Below, in pieces: positions 9,124 through 18,303 of a DNA stretch of 64,000 nucleotides. The notes beneath the pieces are model-generated. The model was not told where the DNA came from. It made no database searches and saw only the letters and a list, made by a program, of their open reading frames with translations. The stretch lies in assembly GCA_965227775.1 (NCBI GenBank), contig OZ245777.1, forward strand, positions 2,752,001 to 2,816,000, read 5' to 3'. Both the position numbers and the translations under genes were made by a program. Source of the stretch: Phycisphaerales bacterium (lineage in GTDB: Bacteria > Planctomycetota > Phycisphaerae > Phycisphaerales > UBA1924). Every line of letters starts with the position of its first letter. Within the stretch, counting starts at the first letter, position 1.

Positions 9124-9706
9124 CGCGGCGTCGTGTGGCGAGCAGGCCGAACAGCACCAGGGCGCTCGCGGGCGCGGGGACGACGATGATCCGTCCCGTG
9201 CCCTCGGTCAGACCGTCGAGGCGGCTCTCGGCGATCGCCGAGTCGGGATCGATGTAGACCGCGAAGGTCGTCGTCAGCGTGGACAGGTCGACCGCAAATG
9301 CGCCCGCGTCGGTTGGCGCGGTGAAGGTCGCCTCCCAGAAGGCGATCGGGTCGCTCGTGTCGGCCCCGGGGCCGGCGATCGGGAAATGGAGCTGGCCGGC
9401 GATGATGCCCACGTAGCCGCCGGCGTCGGGCAGCCCGGCGCTCGTGCCGGGGCCGTTCATCGGAGACACGAGCCCGATGTCCGACCACGCAACGTCGATG
9501 TCGATCCCGCCCGAGTCGGCGAGCAGGCTGGTGGCGACGCCGGCCATGGCATAGTCCTGGGCGCTATCGAAGCTAGCCCAGAGACGCACGGTGGTCGAGT
9601 CGCCCGGCGCAAGCACCGGCTCGTCGACGTCGATCGTGATGCCAACGGTTTGCGCGTGCGAGGTCGTAGCGATCGCGAGGAGGGAAGTCGTGATGGCGCA
9701 ACGCAT
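9077..9706 (-). CDS. Secreted beta-rich protein with PEP-CTERM-like tail (VPAP-TM-RRR)
   Basis: Signal peptide ending SHA|Q; VPAPASALVLFGLLATRRR; GGAGG upstream; paralog of 9728..10318. Confidence 0.85.
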   Translation of the reverse strand: MRCAITTSLLAIATTSHAQTVGITIDVDEPVLAPGDSTTVRLWASFDSAQDYAMAGVATSLLADSGGIDIDVAWSDIGLVSPMNGPGTSAGLPDAGGYVGIIAGQLHFPIAGPGADTSDPIAFWEATFTAPTDAGAFAVDLSTLTTTFAVYIDPDSAIAESRLDGLTEGTGRIIVVPAPASALVLFGLLATRRRASRPAGASRSSRPAA

Positions 9707-9727
9707 GGCGTGTGCCTCCGTGTGTGA

Positions 9728-10318
9728 TCAGCGGCAGCGGCGGATGCCTAGCACTCCGAGCGCGAGCACAACCGCACTGGCAGGGGCGGGGATGACGAAG
9801 ATCGAGGCTGAGTCTTCGACGACAAGATCTAGACGAGACTCCGCCGATGACGTGTCCCGTGACAGATACACGTCGAATCGATCCGTCAGGGTCGACAAGT
9901 CGACCACGTAACCTCCACCGGCGTCGTCGGGCGCAGTGAACGTGGCTTCAAAGAACGTGATGGGGTTTGACGGATCTCCGAAGATGCCAGCGGGCGGAAA
10001 GTGCAGTTGGCTTGCTTGCAACCCAACGAATGCGGTTTCGGTCACCTGCGGGCCGCTGGGTCCTGTGCCAAAGGGTGAGGGCACGATCACGTTCGACCAA
10101 TGCCGGCGCGGATCGGCAATCGGGCTATCGAAAGCAAAGTCGAGCAGCACACCTGCGAATGCGTAGTCGGCATCTGGGAAGTGTGCCACGAGTCGCACAT
10201 CCGTGAACTCGCCCGGAGCCAGGATCGGCTCATCGATCTCGATGGTGACGCCCACGGTCTGGGCGTGCGCGATACCTGCAAACGCGGCGACCGCGGTGAT
10301 GGAAAGCATTCGGGTCAT
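9728..10318 (-). CDS. Secreted beta-rich protein with PEP-CTERM-like tail (IPAP-TM-RRCR)
   Basis: Start MTRMLSI at 10318 with GGAGGAG SD; AHA|Q signal; IPAPASAVVLALGVLGIRRCR. Confidence 0.87.
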   Translation of the reverse strand: MTRMLSITAVAAFAGIAHAQTVGVTIEIDEPILAPGEFTDVRLVAHFPDADYAFAGVLLDFAFDSPIADPRRHWSNVIVPSPFGTGPSGPQVTETAFVGLQASQLHFPPAGIFGDPSNPITFFEATFTAPDDAGGGYVVDLSTLTDRFDVYLSRDTSSAESRLDLVVEDSASIFVIPAPASAVVLALGVLGIRRCR

Positions 10319-10434
10319 ATCTTCTCCTCCGGGATGCGTTCCCTGTTCCTCGGAGGCCAGCATACCCGAAGTCGGCCCGATTCCAACGCCGATTGTCGCC
10401 GCAGGGCGTTGGGTCAGTAAGGCGGGGCCCCGCG

Positions 10435-11067
10435 CTAGCGCCTTAGGGCCAGGATCAGCTCGATGGTGCCCACCTGCTGGTCGAGGCGACGAGCGATGTC
10501 CAGCGGGGTCTTGCCGTCGTCGGCCAGCTCGTAGACCTCCTGGTGCAGTGGGTCGCTCGCATCGGGCACCGGCGGCCGCTCGGCGGGAGCATCGCTGGCG
10601 GTGTCGTCCCACGGGTCGGCGGTTCCGTTGACCGAGACCGGCGGGGCATCCGGCTCGGCAGAAGCCGGCGCTGCGATCTGCTCGGCGGCCATTCCCGCGG
10701 CCAATCTGGCCTCGAGCCGCTCGATCCGCTCGTCGGCCTGGTCGAGCAGCGCCTCGAGCCGGGCGGCGCGGGTCTCCAGGCGCGCTGCGAGGTCGCGCAC
10801 GATGTCGGCCATCTCGGCGGCTCGTTCGCCCTCGGCCTGGCGGTCGGCGATCGTCTCTCGCATCTCGAAGACCGGGCTCTCCTCGGGCGAGCGGCGCTGG
10901 CGACGCCACTGCAGCCGCAGAAGGACCCAGATCAGGATGGCGACGCCGAAGGCCAGCAGCACCCACGAGGCGAATTGCTGCGGGCCGCTGGGGCCGTCGG
11001 CCGCGTCGCCACCAGTCGCGGGGTCGCTCGGCTCGCTCTGGACCAGCATGAGGGAGACGGGGGCCAT
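10435..11067 (-). CDS. Single-TM protein with coiled coil and C-terminal HTH-like domain
   Basis: TM (WVLLAFGVAILIWVLL), heptads LETRAARLEALLDQADERIERLE, VYELADDGKTPLDIARRLDQQVGTIELIL. Start uncertain (11049/11067/11085). Confidence 0.7.
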   Translation of the reverse strand: MAPVSLMLVQSEPSDPATGGDAADGPSGPQQFASWVLLAFGVAILIWVLLRLQWRRQRRSPEESPVFEMRETIADRQAEGERAAEMADIVRDLAARLETRAARLEALLDQADERIERLEARLAAGMAAEQIAAPASAEPDAPPVSVNGTADPWDDTASDAPAERPPVPDASDPLHQEVYELADDGKTPLDIARRLDQQVGTIELILALRR

Positions 11068-11118
11068 TGGCAATAGTGTCGGCATGCAGGGCCCAGGTCC
11101 ATTCGATACCATCACCGC

Positions 11119-12120
11119 GTGCGAGACGACCCCGCCGCAGCCGAGCGCCGCATCGTCCGGTCGTGGCGGATGCTCACCGGTGGGCCCGAGGTGCGCGATG
11201 GGGATCGCCCGACGCTGCTGGCTGTCTCGGGGGGGGCTGATTCGTCGGCCTTGGCGCTGGCGCTCGGGCGGCGACCGGGCGTGCTGGCGATCGGCCACAT
11301 CGTGCACAACATGCGGCCCAAGAAGCACGCCGAGACGGACCGGCGGCATGTCGAGAAGCTCGGGGACTTGCTCGATCTGCCCGTGCACGTCGAGTTCGTG
11401 GTGCTCGGAAAGGGCAATGCCGAAGAAAGCGCCCGCCGCCTGCGATACGAGGCTCTCGCGAAGCTCGCCGGCAACGCGGGGTGTCGGTACGTCGCCGCCG
11501 CCCACCAGGCCGATGACGTGCTCGAGACGCTGCTGGCGAACCTCGTGCGCGGGACCGGGCCACGCGGGCTGCGCGGGCCTGCGCCGCGACGATCGATCTC
11601 GGACGATGTGACGCTGGTGCGGCCGATGCTGCGTGTGACGCGGGACCAGGCCGAGGCGATCTGCCGCAAGGCTCACTGGCACTGGGCCGAGGACGCGACG
11701 AACATGGACCCCGGCGGGGCCGATGCGCCGCTGCGGGCAGCGCTGCGCGAGCGCGTACTACCGGCGCTCGAGGAACTGCGGCCGGGCGCGGCGCTGCGTG
11801 CGGCCCGCGGCGCGGAGGCTGTGGGTGAGGCTGTGCGTGTCGTCGAGGGCGTGGTTGGCGGCGCGTGGGCGAGCATGGCGGCAGAGACTGACGACGCAGT
11901 CGAGTTCGACCGCGAGGCGTTTGGGGCGTGCCCTGCCGCCGTCCGCGAGGGACTGCTCCGACGCGTCATCCGACACTTTGGGGATGCCGGGCATGATCGG
12001 CTGTCTTCTTCGACGGCTCGTTCGCTGCTGGTCTGGATCGATACGGGGAAGGGCTCGCGCGTGGTTGCGGGCGTGCGGTTCGCGGTTGCCGGATCCGCGC
12101 TGCGGGCAACCCGCGTGTAG
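11119..12120 (+). CDS. tilS: tRNA(Ile)-lysidine synthetase
   Basis: PP-loop AVSGGADS, EESARRLRY, AHQADDVLET, LVRPML, EDATN. Confidence 0.93.
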   Translation: MRDDPAAAERRIVRSWRMLTGGPEVRDGDRPTLLAVSGGADSSALALALGRRPGVLAIGHIVHNMRPKKHAETDRRHVEKLGDLLDLPVHVEFVVLGKGNAEESARRLRYEALAKLAGNAGCRYVAAAHQADDVLETLLANLVRGTGPRGLRGPAPRRSISDDVTLVRPMLRVTRDQAEAICRKAHWHWAEDATNMDPGGADAPLRAALRERVLPALEELRPGAALRAARGAEAVGEAVRVVEGVVGGAWASMAAETDDAVEFDREAFGACPAAVREGLLRRVIRHFGDAGHDRLSSSTARSLLVWIDTGKGSRVVAGVRFAVAGSALRATRV

Positions 12121-12153
12121 CGTGCCAACGGCCTGGCGCGCCAATCATGGGCC

Positions 12154-13398
12154 ATGGCCAAGAAACCGTCCGCCGCTTCCGCCAGTTCCCACACCCCCAT
12201 CGCCGCCGTCGAGATCAAGAAGCGCCGCCAGAAAGTCGCTCGGCTCTTGAAGGACCGTGTCGGGCTTGTCTTCGCCGGCGAGCACAGCGCGTCGCTACGC
12301 GGCGACTGGGAGCCTTCGGTCGAGTTCTACTACCTCACGGGCATCGCAGACGAGCCGGGTGCCGTGTTGCTGCTGGATCCGAGCCATCCGAACCCTCGAC
12401 GGCGTGAGGTCCTCATGTTCCGCAGCCGCGACCCCGAGGACGAGGCGTGGCACGGCATCCGCGAGGGGCTGAGCCCGCAGCTGCGCGATCGGCTGGGTGT
12501 CGGAACCGTCTTCCGCACCAACCGCCTGAACTGGCTGGTGACCGAGGCCGCCAGCCGCACGGGCAAGCTGGCGACCCTGCACGAGCCCAAGCCTGCACCG
12601 GCGGGCGTGAATCAGGACCTTGCGGCCTTCCGACTTGCGGCCGAGCGGGTGCCGGGTGTGTCGATCGAGCCCGCGTGGCGAGAGTTCTACCAACTCATCG
12701 CCGCGAAGAGCCCGGCGGAGCGCAAGCTCATCCAGGGGGCCGTCGATGCGACGATGGCCGGCGTACGCGCGGCAGCGAAGGAACTAAAGCCGGGCGCCAG
12801 CGAGGGGGCGGTCATTCGAACCTTACAGGCGACGTTCGCCGAGCACGGCGGCGAGGGCAACGCCTTCAACCCCATCGCCGGCTCGGGCGTCAACGCGACC
12901 GTGCTGCACTACGGCGCCAACAACCGCACCATGGAAGACGGCGACATGCTCGTGCTGGACAGCGGCACCAAGATGGGCGGCTACTGCGCTGACATCACGC
13001 GAACCTTCCCGGTGAATGGCAAGTTCAGCAGCACGCAGTCCGATGCGTACGAGCTAGTGCTCAAGGCTATGAGGGCGAGCATCAAGGCCTGCACGCCCGG
13101 CACCTGGATGCACGACGTCGACGCCGCCGCGCGAGAAATCATCGACAAGGCGGGCTACGGGCACGCGTTCTACCACGGCATCGGCCACCACCTTGGCATC
13201 TCGGTGCACGACGTGGACCCCAAGACGCCGCTCGCGAAGGACGCCATCGTGACCATCGAGCCGGGGCTCTACCTGCCCGACGAGAACATCGGCATCCGCA
13301 TCGAGGACGACATCCACGTCACGGCGAACGGGCCCAAGAACATGAGCTCCAAGCTACCGGTGGACCGCAAGGGTGTCGAAGCGCTCATGAAGGGCTGA
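12154..13398 (+). CDS. pepP: Xaa-Pro aminopeptidase (M24B)
   Basis: FYYLTG, LHY, DSG...YCADITRTFP, HGIGHHLGISVHD, TIEPGLY, GIRIEDD. Confidence 0.92.
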   Translation: MAKKPSAASASSHTPIAAVEIKKRRQKVARLLKDRVGLVFAGEHSASLRGDWEPSVEFYYLTGIADEPGAVLLLDPSHPNPRRREVLMFRSRDPEDEAWHGIREGLSPQLRDRLGVGTVFRTNRLNWLVTEAASRTGKLATLHEPKPAPAGVNQDLAAFRLAAERVPGVSIEPAWREFYQLIAAKSPAERKLIQGAVDATMAGVRAAAKELKPGASEGAVIRTLQATFAEHGGEGNAFNPIAGSGVNATVLHYGANNRTMEDGDMLVLDSGTKMGGYCADITRTFPVNGKFSSTQSDAYELVLKAMRASIKACTPGTWMHDVDAAAREIIDKAGYGHAFYHGIGHHLGISVHDVDPKTPLAKDAIVTIEPGLYLPDENIGIRIEDDIHVTANGPKNMSSKLPVDRKGVEALMKG

Positions 13399-13804
13399 GC
13401 AGCAGCAACGCGACCACGCCGCGCGCCGACCATAGCAGGGTGCGCGCCCAGTTTGTCGCCACCAGTGTGCGCACCACCGCGACGTCGTGGCCCTTGCCCA
13501 GCCGGCCGTGCAGGGGGACCTGGACAAAGAACGTCGAGGCCCAAACCAGCGCGAGCAGGACCGCGCCGGCGATGGTGAGCGTGCCGGGCGAAAAAGCGAG
13601 GAGCACGCCAGCGCAGACGACCTCGGCGAGCATGGTCGGGCCGACCACGAGCGTGGTCAGCGACTGGTGTCGCCGGCTGTACTCGGCCCAGCCCTTCTCA
13701 CCGACGCCGGCGAACAAGGGGTAGTGCACGACCTGGACGAACCAGATGAGGCCGACCATGAACCACGTGGCGGCGGCGTGGATCAGAAGGGCAAACTCGG
13801 TCAT
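13385..13804 (-). CDS. Small 4-TM membrane protein
   Basis: MVGLIWFVQVVHYPLF...QVPLH...NWARTLLW; hydrophobic pattern; ATGA overlap with upstream gene. Confidence 0.8.
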   Translation of the reverse strand: MTEFALLIHAAATWFMVGLIWFVQVVHYPLFAGVGEKGWAEYSRRHQSLTTLVVGPTMLAEVVCAGVLLAFSPGTLTIAGAVLLALVWASTFFVQVPLHGRLGKGHDVAVVRTLVATNWARTLLWSARGVVALLLLSPS

Positions 13805-14211
13805 GGACGCTCGCTGTGGTACTTCAGGGCATCACGGAGCATGAGGGTGAAGGGGATCCACCAGATCAGGTCGTTCGTCAGGATGGTGATGCCGAAGGCC
13901 GGGGGCAGATCGCCGTTGATGAGCGCCTGCGCAAAACCGATCGGACCGAAGATCTTGCCGAGCAAGCCAACGAGCACTATCGGCCAGTGCCGGCGGTGGT
14001 CGCGGGCGGCGACAAGGTAGCCGACGCCGTAGACGCCCACGATCATGCCGATGCACTGCCAGAGCTGGGGGTAGCGCGGCTGCTCCATGCCGGCGAACTC
14101 GAAGAGTGCGCCCGGGAACAGGACGACGGCGGCGCCCCAGAGGATGTTGTACACCCCAGCGGCACACAGCCACCAGAAGGCCCAGCCACGGGATGGTCTC
14201 GATTGGTTCAT
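13801..14211 (-). CDS. Membrane protein (4 TM)
   Basis: Start MNQSR at 14211; AAGVYNILWG...WQCIGMIVGVYGVGY...GLLGKIFGPIGF...NDLIWW. Confidence 0.8.
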   Translation of the reverse strand: MNQSRPSRGWAFWWLCAAGVYNILWGAAVVLFPGALFEFAGMEQPRYPQLWQCIGMIVGVYGVGYLVAARDHRRHWPIVLVGLLGKIFGPIGFAQALINGDLPPAFGITILTNDLIWWIPFTLMLRDALKYHSERP

Positions 14212-14272
14212 GGTCGATGTTCGGCACGACGACGGCTGGCGATGAGAGGCGTGCGCCCGGCGTGGGGATTTC

Positions 14273-14956
14273 CTAGGTCTGCTGCGACTCACCCTTGGGC
14301 CTGTGAGCAGCGTGCCATCGCGCGAGCGCCACAGTGAAGGCGGCAAAGAAGAACGGCAACACCATCTCGAGACCCTCCTCGATGGCGTAGGCCACCAGTC
14401 GGAGGCGATCGCCAACCGCAATGCCGAAGTTCTCTTGGAGGATGGCTGGGGCTCGGTCGACTGCCTTGGTGAAGACAAGCATGCAGAACGCGAACCCGAG
14501 GGCATAGGCCCACCACGCGATGGGGCGCTTCCAGGGCTTCAACTGGACGAGGCGGGCAATCAGGATCACGACGCTGGCGAGGATCAGCACAAGGATGCCG
14601 CCTGCGATGATGCGTTCGAGCACCGTGCCTTCGCGGTAGTAGAACGGCGGCTTGAGCATGCTGTACTCGGTGAACGCAACGTGCCAGTCCCACTCCCGGG
14701 CGGCGGCTGCGAAGGCGACGATCATGCCCGCGGCAACGGTCCGGGTGGGCTTGCGGAAGACCAAGGGAACCCAGAGCGCGAAGGCCAGCCACAGCCACGG
14801 CGAGGCCTGCTCAAAAGGGCCGGTCTCTTCGAACAGGGTGGCGGTGCGGCTCTCGGGGAGGGCCAGCGCCAGCACGGCCAGTGCCGTGGCGGCGACGATC
14901 GCGACGACAACGCTCGTGAAGAATGCGGTCCGGCCGGCTTTGGTAGGTGTGCTCAC
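14273..14956 (-). CDS. Multi-pass membrane protein
   Basis: About 6 TM segments; GTG 14956 preceded by TAGCAT at 5 nt. Confidence 0.75.
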   Translation of the reverse strand: MSTPTKAGRTAFFTSVVVAIVAATALAVLALALPESRTATLFEETGPFEQASPWLWLAFALWVPLVFRKPTRTVAAGMIVAFAAAAREWDWHVAFTEYSMLKPPFYYREGTVLERIIAGGILVLILASVVILIARLVQLKPWKRPIAWWAYALGFAFCMLVFTKAVDRAPAILQENFGIAVGDRLRLVAYAIEEGLEMVLPFFFAAFTVALARWHAAHRPKGESQQT

Positions 14957-15019
14957 GGCCGATGCTAGGGCTTCCCTCACGCGCGGAGGCTACCGTGGCC
15001 GCGTGCAGGAGCCTGCGGA

Positions 15020-16873
15020 TTGCTGCTGATCTCGCGTGAATACCCCCCGTTCGTTGGCGGCGGCATCGGCACCTACACAGTGCGCATGGCCAAGGCGCTT
15101 GCCGCGCAGGGCCACCAACCGGTGGTCGTCACCGTCGGCGACTGTGACGAACCGACAGTTGAAGAAGACGCCAGTGTGCGCGTGGCCCGGCTGCCCTTTC
15201 TCGATTATGTTGAGAATCAACAGGATTGGGCCGGACCACGCCGGAGCATCCTGGACTCGCCAATGGGCCCGGCGTGCCACGCGGCGTTCTGGGCGTTCCA
15301 CCGCGAAAGCGTGCTGGCGATGCAGCTTCGCGAGTATCTGCCCTGGCTTCTTGAGACCTTCGACCCACCCGCCATTGAGGCGCCTGACACAGGGGCGCTG
15401 CTTTGGTTCATTCTGAATGAGCGGCGGCTCGGCCGCGGGCCGCTCGCGGGCCGGGCGGACGCCCCCCCCATCCTCGTGCACCTGCACTCGCCGACGGCGT
15501 GGATCGAAGAACTGCAGGGCGGACAGCAGCCCGGACGCGGCATGGCCGAACTGCGGTCGATGGAGCGTGACGTGCTGAGGTGGGCGGATGGCGTCGCGAG
15601 CCCGAGCCGCATGCTGGCCGAGTGGACGCGAGCGTGGGAGCCGACCATCGGGTCGGTCGAGGTCACGCCGTATCCGCTGGGCGAACCGGTCGATCTGGAC
15701 GCACCGCTCCCGACCGGAGGCGATGCGCTGTTTGTTGGGCGTATGGAGCGTCGCAAGGGATTCGATACGCTGGCCCAGGCCCTTGGACGGCTCGGGTCCG
15801 ATGCTCCCTTGTTGCGGGTCGCGGGGCGGGACACGTTCGATTGGGTCGCCGGCGAGATGTTCGGCGCGATGGCGATACAGAGGCATTGCGAAGGACGTGA
15901 CCTGCGCATGCTCGGCGAGTTGCCGCCAAGCGAGCTCGCAGCGCAGCGTCGGGCGTGCGGCATCGCGGTCGTCGCCAGCCCGAATGACAACTATCCCAAT
16001 ACGTGCATGGAAGCGATGGTTGCCGGGCAGATTGTCGTCGCGGCGAACGCTGGCGGCATGGCGGAGATGATCGAGGATGGTGTGAGCGGGCTGCTGTTCG
16101 AGCCGGGTAGTGTCGAGGACTTGTCGCGTCAGCTCGGCGAGGCGGCTTCGATGGCCGCGGCAGATCGGAGCACGATGCAGTACGCAGCCAGGCAGCGAGT
16201 GTTGGACTTGTGCGGCGATCAACACGTCGTTCCCGCACGCCTGACGCATGCTCGCTCTCTCCGAGCGATGCAGCCGACCGCCAAGTCAAATCGCGAAGTT
16301 GCGATCGTCGCGTTCGACCCGGTGGGCGATGATCTGCGGGCATCGCTGACGGATGCGCTGCGTGCGAACACCGATGTGGATGTCGTCGCGCCTTGGTTCT
16401 CGCGGATGGGGCCTGATGGCGTGGAGGTCGTGCCATTCTCGACGCCTTCGGCCGAGCAGAACACGTTGCTGATTGAGCACCCTGGCCCGCTAGCAGTGGA
16501 TGCCGCGTGGTGGCGGCGCTTGGAAGACGAAGGTGTTCAGGGTGGTTCGGCGGCGATCCTCCTTGCCCTGGTCGAGCGCGGAGCGAGGGCGGCGGTGCTA
16601 CCGGAGGTCGTGGCCCCGCCAGCGTTACCCGCTCGGAGCGATGTTCCGGGGTATGCGATCTCTCGAAAGCTGACCGACGCCGAGCGGGCGGCCAATCAAC
16701 AGCAGGCCCATCTCGTGAAGGTCGAGCATCGGGCGGAGCAGGCAGAAGTTGACCGAGATTCTGCGTGTGCGGAACTTGCCGAGATCCGCAGCTCGCGGGC
16801 GTACAGGCTGGCATCGGCGGTCTCCAGGCTCCTGCATCGCTCGGGTTCGAGTCACCGTAGAATCGACCCGTGA
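15020..16873 (+). CDS. Glycosyltransferase family 4 with C-terminal coiled-coil extension
   Basis: ISREYPPFVGGGIGTY, FVGRMERRKG, DNYPNTCMEAMVAG, GGMAEMIEDGVSGLLF. Start ambiguous (see findings). Confidence 0.9.
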   Translation: MLLISREYPPFVGGGIGTYTVRMAKALAAQGHQPVVVTVGDCDEPTVEEDASVRVARLPFLDYVENQQDWAGPRRSILDSPMGPACHAAFWAFHRESVLAMQLREYLPWLLETFDPPAIEAPDTGALLWFILNERRLGRGPLAGRADAPPILVHLHSPTAWIEELQGGQQPGRGMAELRSMERDVLRWADGVASPSRMLAEWTRAWEPTIGSVEVTPYPLGEPVDLDAPLPTGGDALFVGRMERRKGFDTLAQALGRLGSDAPLLRVAGRDTFDWVAGEMFGAMAIQRHCEGRDLRMLGELPPSELAAQRRACGIAVVASPNDNYPNTCMEAMVAGQIVVAANAGGMAEMIEDGVSGLLFEPGSVEDLSRQLGEAASMAAADRSTMQYAARQRVLDLCGDQHVVPARLTHARSLRAMQPTAKSNREVAIVAFDPVGDDLRASLTDALRANTDVDVVAPWFSRMGPDGVEVVPFSTPSAEQNTLLIEHPGPLAVDAAWWRRLEDEGVQGGSAAILLALVERGARAAVLPEVVAPPALPARSDVPGYAISRKLTDAERAANQQQAHLVKVEHRAEQAEVDRDSACAELAEIRSSRAYRLASAVSRLLHRSGSSHRRIDP

Positions 16874-18303
16874 GTGATCCCGCGCCCAAGCCGCACAGCA
16901 ATGATGCCTCGGGAGAGGACTGGGTCGTACGCTGCCACGAGTTGGGCAAGCGGTTCAAGATCTACCAGAATCCGTGGCACCGCGTGGCCGAATGGTGCAC
17001 GCTGAATCGAGCGAACCTGCACCGGGACTTCTGGGCGGTGCGGGGCGTGTCGTTTGAGCTACGCAAGGGCGAGTGCTTGGGCGTCGTCGGCCGCAACGGC
17101 AGCGGCAAGAGCACGCTCCTCAAGCTCGTGACGGGCGTAGCCATTCCAACCGAGGGAACTTCCGCCTTGCGGGGCCGGGTGCTGAGCCTCATCGAGCTCG
17201 GCGCCGGCCTCAACAAGGACCTGACCGGCCGCCAGAACGTGCACAACATGGCCCAGCTGCTGAACTTCCCGCCCGGATTTGCTCGGCAGAAGATGGACGA
17301 GATCGAGGCGTTTGCCGACATCGGAGCCTTTTTCGATCGGCCCGTGCGCAGCTACAGCAGCGGCATGACGGTGCGGGTGACGTTTAGCATGTTCGCGGCG
17401 TTTGAGCCCGAGGTACTTATCGTCGACGAGGCGCTCAGCGTTGGCGATATCTTCTTTGTGCAGAAGTGCACAAAACGTATCCACCAGTTGCTCGACAACG
17501 GCACGACGCTTCTGCTGGTGAGCCATGATGCCGGCGCAATCACGAATCTATGCGACCGGGCCATCTTGCTCGAAGGAGGACGTGTCGCTTTCCATGGCGA
17601 ACCGGGCGATGCGATAGCGCGATACCACGCCGCATTGCGGAAGTCGGGCGGCAAGAAGATCAGCGACAAGTGGGGCCGCGACGATGATGACGAGCGGTTC
17701 CCCAGGCGAGAGCATGCTCCGGACACCACACATGGGGCCGCGCTGGCAAAGCGCGTGCTCGAGCACGATGTGATCGGAGAGGGTGACGAAACGAGCCGAC
17801 GGCATGGGCATGGCGGGCTGGTCATCCTCGCGGCGTCCATCACGGATCAAGATGATCGCCCGGTCACGTCGTTTGGCATTGGGCACACGATGACCATGCG
17901 CGCGCTGGTCGAGGCGAACGAGTACGTCGAATCGCCCCGAGCGGGCGTGTTCTTCACGAACAGGTTTGGCGTGCAAGTGTTCAGCCAGGGCACCGCGCAA
18001 CAGCGCGTCCCCCTGCCTTCGATGGAGCCGGGCGAGCGGACCGTCGTGACGTTCCGCGTCACGCTCGACCTGACGCCCGGCGAGTACACGCTTGGCCTTG
18101 GCGCTAGCGAGGGCACGGATGACGGGAATCCGAACGGCGCCGTATTCCACGACCAGATCGAAGGGCTCGGGCCAATCCGCATCAACCACCCCCCGCTCGA
18201 ACCGATGCCCTTCTTTGGTGTTGCCCGCCTGCCATTGACGATCGAGGCGTCACCGGCAGGTCGTGCCTCGATTGCTTCCGAACCTACTCCTCACGCTCCA
18301 TGA
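16870..18303 (+). CDS. wzt: Polysaccharide ABC transporter ATP-binding subunit with Wzt C-terminal domain
   Basis: FWAVRGVSF, GRNGSGKST, YSSGM, IVDEALSVGD, VSHD, beta-rich C-terminal domain. Confidence 0.9.
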   Translation: MSDPAPKPHSNDASGEDWVVRCHELGKRFKIYQNPWHRVAEWCTLNRANLHRDFWAVRGVSFELRKGECLGVVGRNGSGKSTLLKLVTGVAIPTEGTSALRGRVLSLIELGAGLNKDLTGRQNVHNMAQLLNFPPGFARQKMDEIEAFADIGAFFDRPVRSYSSGMTVRVTFSMFAAFEPEVLIVDEALSVGDIFFVQKCTKRIHQLLDNGTTLLLVSHDAGAITNLCDRAILLEGGRVAFHGEPGDAIARYHAALRKSGGKKISDKWGRDDDDERFPRREHAPDTTHGAALAKRVLEHDVIGEGDETSRRHGHGGLVILAASITDQDDRPVTSFGIGHTMTMRALVEANEYVESPRAGVFFTNRFGVQVFSQGTAQQRVPLPSMEPGERTVVTFRVTLDLTPGEYTLGLGASEGTDDGNPNGAVFHDQIEGLGPIRINHPPLEPMPFFGVARLPLTIEASPAGRASIASEPTPHAP

